A stretch of 64,000 bases of DNA, taken from the NCBI GenBank assembly GCA_951406725.2, contig OX597835.1, positions 22,134,001 to 22,198,000 on the forward strand. Direction: 5' to 3'. The stretch is from Octopus vulgaris (lineage: Eukaryota). The translations under genes and the position numbers were made by a program. A model generated the notes under the pieces. The model saw only the letters and a list, made by a program, of their open reading frames with translations, had not been told where the DNA came from and made no database searches. The first letter of the stretch is position 1. Each line of letters starts with the position of its first letter. Shown piece by piece: positions 36,798 through 49,627 of this stretch.

Positions 36798-38271
36798 TTG
36801 AATGGTTATGTTGCTCCCATCATCATCGTTTAGCGTCCGTTTTCCATGCTGGCATGGGTTGGACGGTGCAACTGGGGTCTGGGAAGCCAGAAGGCTGCAC
36901 CAGGCCCAGTCTGATCTGGCAATGTTTCTACGGCTGGTTGCCCTTCCTAACGCCAACCACTCCATGAGTGTAGTGGGTGCTTTTTACGTGCCACCGGCAC
37001 AGGTGCCAGACGAGGCTGTAGAGTAAAATAGAAATTACATTGGTCCACCGGCAAAAAATGTTTCAATACCACTGGTCTAATGAGTAACCTATCCTGCTAC
37101 ACTGACTGACCAATTATCTCATGGAACTGAAAAGTGACCAGCAAACTAGACTGAAGTTCCTTGTAATTTGAGGAAGGATGGGTCAGCCAGTTAATGAGTG
37201 TAATTAATGAGGATCATTATTCATGTGAGGAGGCCTGTTGGTTACTCTGTTGTGAGGACAGTAATGAAGGCCACCGTGCATGTAATTGATATGTCATCTT
37301 TTTGGTCGGACTGTTACCCTTTAAGGGCTCAAAACAGGTGCAGGTGTATCTGTATGGTTGAAACGTTTGCTGCTTAAACCAGATGGTTTCAGGTTCAGTT
37401 TTCAGTCCCATTTTGATACTTTCAACAAGAGTCTTCTACTGTAGCAGTATTAGTTTTATTAGTATTTATTGTACTATTATTGGTAGCAATTTGAGCCTGG
37501 GTCAGCCTTCATTTGATCAGATCAACACTATCACCCCTAATCATCTCCTGCTCTCTCTCCCTCCTTCCCCATCTCTCTCTCTCTCTCTGCACATGTAATA
37601 TATATGCATGTAATTCTATGTACATGTATGTATATTTAAATGTATATATATATGTGTACTCAGTCATTGGATTGCAGCCATGCTGTGGCCACTGCCCTGA
37701 AAGGCTTAGATGAACAAGTTGACCCCAACTGCTTATGTGTCTATTTTTTCTTTAAATCCTGCTGTACTTAGTCTGTTGATCTCTTTTGCCAAACTGCTAA
37801 GTCACAGGGATATAAACCCATCAACACTGATTATCAAATGGTGATGGTGGACAAACACAAGTTTAAAAACACAAACATATATATATATACTCTTTTACTC
37901 TTTTCAGTCATTTGACTGCGGCCATGCTGGAGCACCACTTTTAATCGAGCAACTCGATCCCGGGACTTATTCTTTTGTAAGCCCAGCACTTATTCTATTG
38001 GTCTCTTTTGCCGAACCACTAAGTAACGGGGACATAAACACACCAGCATTGGTTGTCAAGCAATGCTAGGGGGACAAACACAGACACACACACACTCATA
38101 TATATATATACATATATACAACGGGCTTCTTTTAGTTTCCGTCTACCAAATCCACTCACAAAGCTTTGGTCGGCCCAAGGCTATAGTAGAAGACACTTGC
38201 CCAAGGTGCCACGCAGTGGGACTGAACCTGGAACCATGTGGTTGGTTAGCAAGCTACTTACCACTCCTGCG

Positions 38272-38304
<33 letters not shown>

Positions 38305-38627
38305 TAGCCAATACCGCATTGACTGGCCTCCGTGCCGGTGGCACGTAAAAAACACCATCCGAGCGTGGCCGTTCGCCAGCATCGTCTGGCACCTGTGTCG
38401 GTGGCACATAAAATCAAGTGGTTGGCGTTAGGAAGGGCATCCAGCTGTAGAAACACTGCCAGATCTGACTGGCCTGGTGCAGCCTTCGGGCTTCCCAGAC
38501 CCCAGTTGAACCGTCCAACCCATGCTAGCATGGAAAGCGGACGTTAAACGATGATGATGATGATGATATATATATATATATACATATGTATAAATATATA
38601 TGGGTGTATGTATATATATATATATAT

Positions 38628-39120
38628 CAGCCAGGATCCCTGGTCTGGTGGTACGTAAAAAGCACTATCCGACTCGTGGCCGTGGCACGTAAAATACTCC
38701 AATGCGACCGTACAACAGGCACCCATGCCAACCCCTTTGCTTGTGAAGACATGTTGGGGCAAGCGAAATCGAAATCGAATTGAACCAGCCAGGATCCCTG
38801 GTCTGGTGGTACGTAAAAAGCACTATCCGACTCGTGGCCGATGCCAGCACCGCCTCGACTGGCTTCCGTGCCGGTGGCACATAAAATACACCAATCCGAC
38901 CGTGGCCGTTGCCAGCCTCGCCTGGCACCTGTGCAGGTGGCACGTAAAAAGCACCCACTACACTCACGGAGTGGTTGGCGTTAGGAAGGGCATCCAGCTG
39001 TAGAAACATTGCCAGATTAGACTGGAGCCTGGTGCAGCCTTCTGGCTTCCCAGAACCCCGGTCGAACCGTCCAACCCATGCTAGCATGGAGAACGGACGT
39101 TAAACGATGATGATGATGAT
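38628..39120 (+). mobile_element. RTE 3'-end fragment (UTR modules plus (GAT)n tail)
   Basis: Shares its terminal ~180 bp with the LINE at 26641. Similar fragments at 5437-5857, 36818-37018, 38305-38567, 42952-43238, 45445-45570, 51858-52112 and 60848-61010. Confidence 0.9.
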
Positions 39121-39420
39121 ATATATGTATGTATATATATATATATATATATAGCTTTCAGTTTCCATCTACTGAATCCACTCTCAAGGCAGTAGTTGGC
39201 CTGAGGCTACAGTGGAAGACTTTTGCCCAAAGTACACACAGTAGGATTGAACCTGGAACCCCGTTGTTGGGGAGCAAACTTCTTACAATACTGCTTAGTC
39301 CCACACCGGCACGTACATGTATATACTAATAACATCAACTCCGGTACCACAGTAGTGGTCGATTACATTGCCCCCCCCCCCGCCCCGGCATGCTAATGAT
39401 TCTGCCAGTTTGCCGTCTTC

Positions 39421-39459
<39 letters not shown>

Positions 39460-40087
39460 GTAATGATTATATATTATGGCCTGATGTACTAATGACTTGT
39501 TTATTAGCTGCAAAGGTTGTCTGTGTCTTATGAAGACGTCATACATACAGTAGCTTTCTAAAAACATGTTGTGACACACATATGCCAGAAATGGGGGTGG
39601 TGGAGGTGTCGTAAAAAAAAAAAAATCTGTAATTACAGCACGAAGCATATCTAAGGGTGTAATGTTTCATACTTTGGAGTAAGTTTATTAATAATGTCAA
39701 AAATCTCTGTTGTAATTGAGACAAGTCTCTCTCTCTCGTCTTGCCGTGTCTCTTAATGCCAACCAGACCGCAATAGAGTACACCCTCTTATAGAAATTGT
39801 CGCTTTCATCTTTCTATACCAAACACAAGGCTTTTGTTTCGGGGTTAAATAATAATTATCACAACTTTTTTTTTTTCTCGCCATTTAATTGTCTTGCTTC
39901 TTCCAATAGCTTTAGGCCATGTGTAAGGAATTCCACAGTTTATAGCTATTATTTTTTTGTTTCCATTTTTTTTTGCATCAGTATGGGTGGTCATGTGTTT
40001 TGCTTGGAAATATGTGTGAATTTATTATTATAATAATAATTATTATTATTATCATTATTATCATTATTATTATTATTAAGGTGATAA

Positions 40088-40692
40088 GGTGGTGAGCTGG
40101 CAGAAATGTCAGCACACCTTGCAAAATGCTTAACGGTATTTTGTCTGCCTTTACGTTCTGAGTTCAAATTCTGCCGAGGTCGACTTTGCCTTTCATCCTT
40201 TCGGGGTCGATAAATTAAGTACCAGTTACGCACTGGGGTCGATATAATCTACTTAATCCGTTTGTCTGTCATTGTTTGTCCCTTCTGTGTTTAGCCCCTT
40301 GTGGATAGTAAAGAAATAGGTATTTTGTCTGTCTTTACGTTCTGAGTTCAAATTCTGCCGAGGTCGACTTTGCCTTTCATCCTTTCGGGGTCAATAAATT
40401 AAGTACCAGTTACGCACTGAGGTCAATATAATCTACTTAATCCGTTTGTCTGTCATTGTTTGTCCTTTCTGTGTTTAGCCCCTTGTGAGTAGTAAAGAAA
40501 TAGGTATTTTGTCTGTCTTTACGTTCTGAGTTCAAATTCCGCTGAGGTCAATTTTGCCTTTCATCCTTTCAAAGTTGATAAATTAAGTACCAATTGCATA
40601 CTGGGGTTGATTGAATCGACTGGCCCTCTCCCTCCCCCCCCCACCCTCCAAAAAATTTCAGGCCTGGTGCCAAGAGCAGAAAAGATTATTAT
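40088..40692 (+). repeat. Head-to-tail array of family-B units (184-bp period)
   Basis: GGTATTT unit starts at 40135, 40319 and 40503; the last unit has a different tail. Confidence 0.9.
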
Positions 40693-41427
40693 TAAGGCGA
40701 TGAACTTGCAGAGTTGTTAGCACTCTGGGAAAAAACACTTACCAACATTTCTTCCATCTTTGCATTCTGAGTCCTGCAAATTTTTTTTTTTTTTATCCTT
40801 TTGGAGTCAATAAAATAAGTACCAGTTACACAGTGGGGTCAATGTAATCAACTAGCCCCCCCCACACACCTTCCCCCAAAATTTCAGGCCTTGTGCTGAT
40901 AGTAGAAAGGATTAATATTATTATTATTACCTCTGCTTTAGCGAAGGTGGAGGTATTGTTTTCAGTCACATTTGTTTGTTTGTCTGTGGACAAGATATCT
41001 CAAGAACCGCTGGATGGATTCGGATGAAACTTTCAGAGATGATTGGCCTCGTGACTGGCACAAACTGATTAGATTTTGGGATCAATCCGGTACCGGACAA
41101 GGATGCTGGATTATTTTTCCTGTATTTTACTTAATTTTTGAGAGCCGTGGGGCTACAGCAGAAAGCTCTTTCCCCCAATGTACTGCAAAGTAAGACTGAA
41201 CCTGAAACCATGGCTGTAACCAAGTTTGCACCTCCCTTAGAAATCTCATTCCTTTCTCCTTTCCCTCTCTCAACCCCCTCTCTTTGTGCTCCTCTCTATG
41301 CCCATATTTAGATCACAGTGAACTTAGTATATTAGGTTAGAGATTAAGATAGCTTCTACTCTCCTTCCTCTGCCCCTCCCTCTCCAATTTAATTGACCCA
41401 GAGAGAAGAGGTTACAGCAAGGAAGAT

Positions 41428-41459
<32 letters not shown>

Positions 41460-41972
41460 ATGAGATAGTGGATGCTGAGCTAGGTTGGCAGATAAACTAT
41501 TCTAAAAATAGTCGGACCTCTTCACTCACCTCATTATTAAGAAGACTATTGCTTCTCTGTTTGTGCTAAGGAGTGAGTGACCCTTGCGCTTAACTACATT
41601 CCACTTGAGGCTCGCGTAGCAGCAATGGCAGTGGTTGTGGTGGTTATTGTTCTATTCGAGGAGATCAAGAGAGAGATTATAGTAAAGGGGAGTGGAGGGG
41701 GGTCGGGGAGCTTTTATGTGGCTGTTTTTCTCCTTTTTGTTACCCCCCCCCCCCATTTGTTTTTCCTGCTTTGTCAAAAATACACCCACATGCATAAATA
41801 CATGTGCACACACAGCTGTGTGTACACACGCATGCACATGTATACACATATACATTCATACTCTGTTGTTCTTCAGATTTACGTAGTTCTTTTACGCATG
41901 CACACACACACACACACACAATTCCTTGGGGCTATTTGTCCAGAGGAAGATAGGCCACTTGGATTGTCCCTA

Positions 41973-42014
<42 letters not shown>

Positions 42015-42016
<2 letters not shown>

Positions 42017-42409
42017 TGCAGGAGTGGCTGTGTGGTAAGTAGCTTGCTAACCAACCACATGGTTCCGGGTTCAGTCCCACTGCGTGGCATCTTGGGCAAG
42101 TGTCTTCTGCTATAGCCCCGGGCCGACCAATGCCTTGTGAGTGGATTTGGTAGACGGAAACTGAAAAGAAGCCTGTCATATATATATGTATATATATGTG
42201 TGTGTGTTTGTGCGTCTGTGTTTGTCCCCCTAGCATCGCTTGACAACCGATGCTGGTGTGTTTACGTCCCCGTCACTTAGCGGTTCGGCAAAAGAGACCG
42301 ATAGAATAAGTACTGGGCTTACAAAGAATAAGTCCCGGGGTCGAGTTGCTTGACTAAAGGCGGTGCTCCAGCATGGCCACAGTCGAATGACTGAAACGAG
42401 TAAAAGAGT
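42015..42409 (+). mobile_element. SINE family A, full length, flanked by a ~110-bp direct duplication
   Basis: Near-identical to the 4990 copy; flanks 41898-42013 and 42410-42522 are duplicated. Confidence 0.9.
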
Positions 42410-42483
42410 ATGCACACACACACACACAATTCCTTGGGGCTATTTGTTCAGAGGAAGATAGTTAGGCCACTTGGATTGTCCCG

Positions 42484-42527
<44 letters not shown>

Positions 42528-42688
42528 TTTTCAAAATAAGAATAGTTTTTTAGTGGTTTGGAATTTAACTCTCATTTCTAGCATGATGGAAAACCACTTG
42601 GTGGCTTTCCCTCAGTGTATAACTCTTATACACACACATATATATAAATATAGATATACATAGATATATACAAATAGATATGCACACA

Positions 42689-42720
<32 letters not shown>

Positions 42721-42722
<2 letters not shown>

Positions 42723-42947
42723 GGGTTAGCCAAAAGTCACCCAACAGTAAACCAAAAATTCCATAAATACTTAATATTCAATTTTATTTATTCATTCCAA
42801 TTTGAATGCTGTGAGTAAAATCACCCGTTTTTTTGTCTTTTCAACATTTGTCTATTTATTAGCGAAGTCTCATAAAATAATTTTTTGTTTTAATCTTGGA
42901 GTTTGAATGGTTTTGATTTACTGTCAGGTGACTTTTGGCCAACCCTG
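42721..42947. mobile_element. Tc1/mariner-type MITE (227 bp)
   Basis: TIRs CAGGGTTAGCCAAAAGTCACC / GGTGACTTTTGGCCAACCCTG followed by TA. Confidence 0.82.
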
Positions 42948-43252
42948 TATAGGCACGTAAAAAGCACCATCCGTTCGTGGCCGTTGCCAGCCTGGCCTGG
43001 CCCCCGTGCCGGCGGCATATAAAAAGCACCATCCGATCGTGGCCGTTTGCCAGACCCGTCTGGCACGTAAAAAGCACCCACTACACTCATGGAGTGCTTG
43101 GCGTTAGGAAGGGCATCCAGCCATAGAAACATTGCCAGATCAAACTGGGCCTGGTGCAGCCTTCTGGCTTCCTAGACCCCAGTTGAACCGTCCAACTCAT
43201 GCTAGCATGGAAAGCGGACGCTAAACGATGATGATGATATATGTAGTACATT

Positions 43253-43890
43253 ACATTATTTACATTGGACAGATATGTGTCCTCATCTTGTTTGTTGTTA
43301 CCACATTTCGGCTGATTTACTCTCCAGCCTTCATCCAACCCTGAGTTCTCATTCCTAAGGTATTTTTTGCTGATGTTATTATTATTGAACTCAGAATCTT
43401 GGGGTTAGTAGCCTGCGCTCTTAACCATTACACTATATGCCCATGGACAATTATAGAGTGAATTTAAAGTTAATAAGTCTAAGATTTTTGTATCCTTCCT
43501 TAACCCTTTCGTTACCAACCCGGCTGAAACCGCCTCTGGCTCTGAGTACAAATGTCTTGTTTTCATAAGTTTTGAATTAAAATCTTCCACCAAACCTTAG
43601 TCACACTTTATGTTCCTAACACCAGCTTAATGATAACGAAGTTATTTTACAAAATTCTTTGTTATATCTAAAATAATTGAGAGAAACACAGAGCATCCCA
43701 AAATAAATACAGTAACAAAAGGGTTAATACTAGTTCCCATATTCTACTCATATCTGCACTATGAATGAGAACCCAGAGGGGTTCAAAATTCCACCAGGAC
43801 ACCTGATGAAGGCTGGGATGTAAATCACCCGAAACATTTTGGTAACAATAAATAAGATGAGGACACATATTCGTCCAATGTAAATAATGT
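43253..43890. mobile_element. Inverted pair of the tRNA-head/hammerhead element, with a MITE inserted between the copies
   Basis: 43253-43442 (-) has a full tRNA-like head GGGCATATAGTGTAATGGTTAAGAGCG...GAGTTCAAT and a damaged core. 43761-43890 (+) has GACAC CTGATGA AGGCTG...CACCC GAAAC. Confidence 0.7.
43504..43723. mobile_element. piggyBac-type MITE family 2 (220 bp)
   Basis: TTAA|CCCTTTCGTTAC...GTAACAAAAGGG|TTAA. Confidence 0.88.
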
Positions 43891-43997
43891 AAAAAATTCC
43901 TCATCTCTGAAAAATATATATATATATAGAACAGTAGTACATTATGATGAAAATAATTTTACATTGTTGAAGGATTTTTCAATGCATTTGGTAGAAT

Positions 43998-44388
43998 ACT
44001 CTCTCTTTTACTTGTTTCAGTCATTTGACTGCAGCCATGCTGGAGCACCACATTTAGTCGAGCAAATCAACCCCAGGACTTATTCTTTGTAAGCCCAGTA
44101 CTTATTCTATCGGTCTCTATTGCCAAACCGCTAGGTGGCGGGGACGTAAACACACCAGCATCGGTTGTCAAGCAATGCTAGGGGGACAAACACAGACATA
44201 TACACACATATATATATATACATATATACGACAGGCTTCTTTCAGTTTCTGTCTACCAAATCCACTCACAAGGCATTGGTCGGCCCGGGGCTATAGCAGA
44301 AGACACTTGCCCAAGATGCCACGCAGTGGGACTGAACCCGGAACCATGTGGTTGGTTAGCAAGCTACTTACCACACAGCCACTCCTGC
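43998..44388 (-). mobile_element. SINE family A, full length
   Basis: Reverse complement of 42015-42409. Confidence 0.9.
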
Positions 44389-45028
44389 TTTTTACTTTTT
44401 TTTTCTTTCTTTTTGCCACCTTGCAATTTTTGTTATTTTGTTACATAAGCAATCGGACAATTTGCCTCTTCACACAGAAAGAAGACCCTCTTTGTTACTA
44501 GCAGAGCAAACTCCCTCCCAGCCTGCACCACCACCACCACCACCACCACCGTTGCTAATTAGGTCACCTCATTTACAGAAACCTCTCAACTACCTCCAGT
44601 GAGCCTTCTGGGCATTTGTAAAAATATAATTACTTTCATGGGGCCGGGTCTTGCTGTTCACTATTCTTGTGCATCTACTGCATATGAGATCCTTCTTATT
44701 TTAACCCATAAAGCACTGGGATTTGCATTTACATGGCAGGGACTGCTGAGCACATCTTATGAAAATGAGACCACCAGGCACACAAAAAAACCCCCAAAAT
44801 AGTTAAAATATCTTCTTAAATATCATCTGAAAAGTCATTAGTTGAACTATTAGTTCTCTTGCATTCTGGTGGGTATCTGAGCATTTGAGTAACATTGGAC
44901 CCCCAACAAACACCCATAAATTAAATGCATCTATCTGAGCCATGATCATAACCTGTTGACCTGTGCCTGATGGCCACAAATGTTTTTCTTCTTGTAATGT
45001 TTGTTGTTGCTGTTCTTGTTAACTGCAG

Positions 45029-45176
45029 AGATGGAGAAGATACAGAGGATCCAATTCCAAGCATGCCAAACCAGTGCCGATATGGTGTTAAAAGACTAAA
45101 AGCCGTTCTACAGCCTCTCGTTGATAAAGGTCTTCAGGCTGTATTAATATTCGGAGTACCAAGCAATTTACCTAAG
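45029..45176 (+). CDS. ALAD: ALAD coding exon 2
   Basis: ctgcag|A GAT...CCT AAG|gtaagg. Encodes DGEDTEDPIPSMPNQCRYGVKRLKAVLQPLVDKGLQAVLIFGVPSNLPK; 148 bp, phase compatible with exon 1. Confidence 0.96.
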
Positions 45177-47532
45177 GTAAGGGGTCAGTTTTGTTCCATC
45201 ATCATCGTCATCGCCATCATCATATGTATGAGATAGAGTGCGTTGGGGCAGCTTTTCTGTGGATAAATGCTTTTCCTGTTGCCAAAGAATATTGGGAATT
45301 AAGGCTCCTGCTCGTACGAGAGTAACAGTTGTTTTACAACTGTCACTCGATGTCAAGGTCACACACACATGCACATAATAGTAAACACAAACAGTGTTTA
45401 AAGAATTCTTATAACTAATATATATAATATATATATATATATTAGCTGTAGAAACTCTGCCAAATCAAGATTGGAGACTGGTGCAACCACCTGGTTCGCC
45501 AGCCCTCAGTCAAAATTTTCCAACCCATGCTAGCATGGAAAGCGGACGTTAAACGATGATGATGATGATGTGTGTATGTTCTTGATAATCTTTTAGAACA
45601 AGTAGTTATACACCAATTACACTACTTTTTCCGGCCCGGGTCAAACAGTATAGTTTAAAGGCCATGGACTGACGATGTGAATTTTCAGAGGCCTCTCCCC
45701 CACTTTCGCGAGCGCGCATTTTTCTTGTCATATATATATATATTTGAACACAAGAGAAGCAACCTTTAACAGGCAGCTTTACACGCTAGAAGAAGCAGTC
45801 GAAATTACCAAAACCACATTTAAGAGCAATTTCAAAGGGAATGGAAAATAGAAACGTTTACCTTGTTATTTTTTTACAGTCATACCTAGGTTTCAAATTT
45901 TATTTAATGAATAAAATAATTTACTAGGTGAAATTCTCATCAGTGACTGCACCATAACATTAACATATAATTTAGAGACCAAATAACACGTGTCTCATCA
46001 TTATATGTTATAATTTTTCAAATTCACCGTGCAAGCGCAGTTTCAGTCGACAGCAAATGAAAAGATGCCAAACTAATCTTCTGAAAATGCTTAAATCATA
46101 TATGTAAAATATATAGGGAAGCGAGCCTTTTTAGAAATTTCACTACCAGTGGCCTAGCATGTATAAAAAGTCAATAGACAACATATTCTCAATATAAAAT
46201 AGTGTACATTTAAACACAAGAGAAACTGCCTTTAACAGGCAACTTATATGTGTGTGTGTGTGTTTGTGTGTATATCATCATCACCATCATCATTTGTCTG
46301 CCTTCCATGCTGGCAGGGGTTGGACAGCTTGACTGGAGCCAGCCAAGTAGAAGACTACATTAAGCTACTGTGTCTGTTTTTACATCTGGGGTGCCCTTCC
46401 TAACACCAACCACTCCGTAGAGTAGACTGAGTGCTTTTTACATGGCACCAGCAGAGGAGAGGTCAGTTTTGGCATGGTTTTTACAGCTGGATGCCCTTCC
46501 AAATGCCAACCACTTTACAGTGTGGACTGGGTGCTCTTTAAGTGGCACCTGCACTGACAGGGTCACCAAGTAACTTGCAAGACAAAGATCTTTTGAGGGG
46601 GTGGGGGCATTGGAAGGGATGATCTTGTGTCAGATAATGAAAGGTTAGAGTGTGACAGAGAAACTCTATCACACTCTAACCTCCATGTGTGCATGGGTCA
46701 GATGGAATTTAGTTCAGGTGTTTTCTACAGCTGGGATGTCCTTCCCGTCACCAACTTCACCTACTTCCGAGCAAGGTAATATTTTTCTAAACCAGATATC
46801 ACATGATGTCAAAGCAAGGAGATAGTAACACACACATGCACACAAAAACATATGTGCGCATGTGCAGTGGGCTTCTTTCAGTTTCTGTCTACCAAATCTG
46901 CACAGAGCTTTGGCTGACCTGGGGCTGCAGTAGAAAACACTCGATCAAGGTGCCATGCAGTAGGTCTGAACGGTTGTCTGTTTTGGCATGGTTTCTACGT
47001 CTGGATGCCCTTCTTAATGCCAACCATTCCACAGAGTGTACTGGGTGCTTGTTTGTGTCAGACAGAATTTTGTTGAGGCAGATTTTCTACTGCTGGATGC
47101 TCTCCCTATTGCTAACCTTCACCTGTTTCCAAGCAAGGTAACATTTCTTCATAACCAGATGTGTTTCATAGAATATTGGGAGTGAAGAACACTGCTTGCA
47201 TGATGGAGTCATTCGATAACAAATATCATGTGATGTCAAGGCATTGTGACAGTAACACACACACACACACATGATGGGCTTCTTTCAGTTTCCATCTACC
47301 AAATTCACTCACCAGTCATTAGTTGGCTTGGGTCTATAGCAGAAGACACTTGCCCTAGATGCCATGCTGTGGTATGGAACCCAGAACCATATGGTTGTGA
47401 AGCAGATTTCTTACCACACAGCCATGAACATCAAAACATCCCCTTTCTCTCTTTCCTCATTGCTTTTGTATATCAAAAAAAAAAAAAAGAAAAAAGAAAC
47501 CAACTTTCATTTTGTCTCTTCTTTTTCTCTAG

Positions 47533-47668
47533 GATAACATCGGAAAGAGTGCCACATCACCAAACACACCAGTAATTATTGCTCTAGAACATCTACGGAG
47601 ATGGTTCCCACGTCTGCTGCTTATCTGTGATGTCTGTCTTTGTGCCTACACCTGTCATGGTCATTGTG
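47533..47668 (+). CDS. ALAD: ALAD coding exon 3 (catalytic Zn-binding motif)
   Basis: tctctag|GAT...TGT G|gtgagt. Encodes DNIGKSATSPNTPVIIALEHLRRWFPRLLLICDVCLCAYTCHGHCG, containing the DxCxCx(Y/F)x3GHCG zinc site; 136 bp. Confidence 0.97.
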
Positions 47669-48356
47669 GTGAGTTTCATCTGTCATTAGTCAACCCAAAG
47701 ATCAGGTACCTGAGATGTATCCGGGGTACCACCCAAAGTTTGGAATAATTTTTAAACTGTCCCTCAACTGCTAATTTTTTTCCTTCTTCACCATTTCTCA
47801 TCCCTTTTATCATGTTGGCATAGGTTTGATGGCTTCACATGAAATGACAAGCCGGAGGGCTGCACCAAGCTCTGGTGTCTCTTTTGGCAGGGTTTCCATA
47901 GTTGGATGCCCTTCCTAACCCCACCCACTTCAGATTTTGTTTCGGTCATTGGATTGGGTGCCAAGCTGGGTACCTACCACTTTGAAGGGTTTAATTAAAC
48001 AAATCAACCACGAGACTTATTCTATCAGGTTCTTTTGCCAAATTGTTGTTATGGGGACATAAACAAACCAACACCAGTTCTTCTTGAGTTATGCCGACTC
48101 ATAAGATCCAGTTTCATGGCGTGCATATTCCGCACCTGGACAGGACGCTAGTCTGCTGCAGGACTGCTCATTTTTGCCAGCAGAGTGGACTGGAGCAACG
48201 TAAAATAAAGTGTTTTGCTCAAGAACACGTGTTGCCCAGTCCAGGAACTGAAACCACTATCTTACGATAGTCCCGGGGTCGATTTGCCCGACTAAAGGTG
48301 GTGCTCCAGCATGGCCACAGTCAAATGACTGAAACAAGTAAGAGTAATACACACAT

Positions 48357-48398
<42 letters not shown>

Positions 48399-48510
48399 CG
48401 CATACATGTTCTCTTTGGTTGAAAACGTTTTGTTTAGCATCAAATATTATGAAGAACTGTTTCATTCTATGTCTTTATCAGTGTTTTTTTTATTATTTTC
48501 TTCTCCCCAG

Positions 48511-48594
48511 GGGTCCTCAACAAAGATGGTTCTATCAATAATGCTGAATCTATTAAACGATTATCGGAGATTGCTGTTACATACGCTAAAGCAG
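48511..48594 (+). CDS. ALAD: ALAD coding exon 4
   Basis: ccccag|GG GTC...GCA G|gtaatg. Encodes VLNKDGSINNAESIKRLSEIAVTYAKAG; 84 bp. Confidence 0.96.
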
Positions 48595-48626
48595 GTAATG
48601 TCTTAACCCTTCCTTTACCTTGTTAA

Positions 48627-49070
48627 CCCTTTCGTTACCAACCCGGCTGAAACCGGTTCGGGCCCTGAGTACAAATGTCTCGTTTTCATAAGTTTTGAAT
48701 TAAAATCTTCCACCAAACTTTAGTTGCAATTTATGTTCCTAACACTAGCTGAATGATAACTAAGTTATTTTACTAAATTCTGTGTTATATTTAACCCTTT
48801 AGTGTTTAAACCGGCCATATCTGGCCCAGATATTCTACATGTTTTATATTTGCACTAGCCATATCTAGCCTCTGACACCTAACCTACATTGACATTCTAA
48901 AGATAAGCAATCACATCATCGAAACCCCAAAGCTATAAGATAATGCTTGATTAATTCAAAACAATTTGAGTGAAAAAGTATTACATTTAACAGAGTAATC
49001 TGAACACTAAAGGGTTAAAGTAATTAAAAGAAACACAGAGCATCTCAAAATAAATACAGTAACGAAACGG
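48627..49070. mobile_element. piggyBac-type MITE family 2 with a nested family-1 MITE (48795-49014)
   Basis: Outer element matches 43504-43723; inner element is bounded by TTAA at 48791 and 49015. Confidence 0.88.
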
Positions 49071-49627
49071 TTAAGATTCTTCTTACGCCCACTACCCACT
49101 TGGTCACCCATTTGCGCTCTTCATTCAACACAATCTTTCATTACACCTTTAGTGAAGACTGTTCACCTCTTTCCTATCCAACCTTTTGACATCATTATCG
49201 TTATTTTATAATCGCTGTTGACGTCATTATCGCTATTTTATTATCGCTGTTAACATGCGTTTTTCCATGCTTAGTATCAGCTGGAGAGAGTTTATTGAGG
49301 CAGATTTTCAACAACTGGATGCCTGCCCTTTCTGCTGCCAACCCTTTCCTGTTTTCCAAACAAGGTGATATTTCCCAGTGGCCAGGCATGTGTTTTGCAG
49401 AATATTAAAAACAAATATCAATGGCATTCATTTCCAACGATCACATGATGCCAAAACAAGGGAGACTCAAACATATACTTACATGCATATAAACATATAT
49501 ATATATACATATACATGCATTTATATATATACACACATACACATATATATACACATATGACACACACACACACACATAATATACATATATACATGCACAC
49601 ACATAAATACATATACATGCACACACG

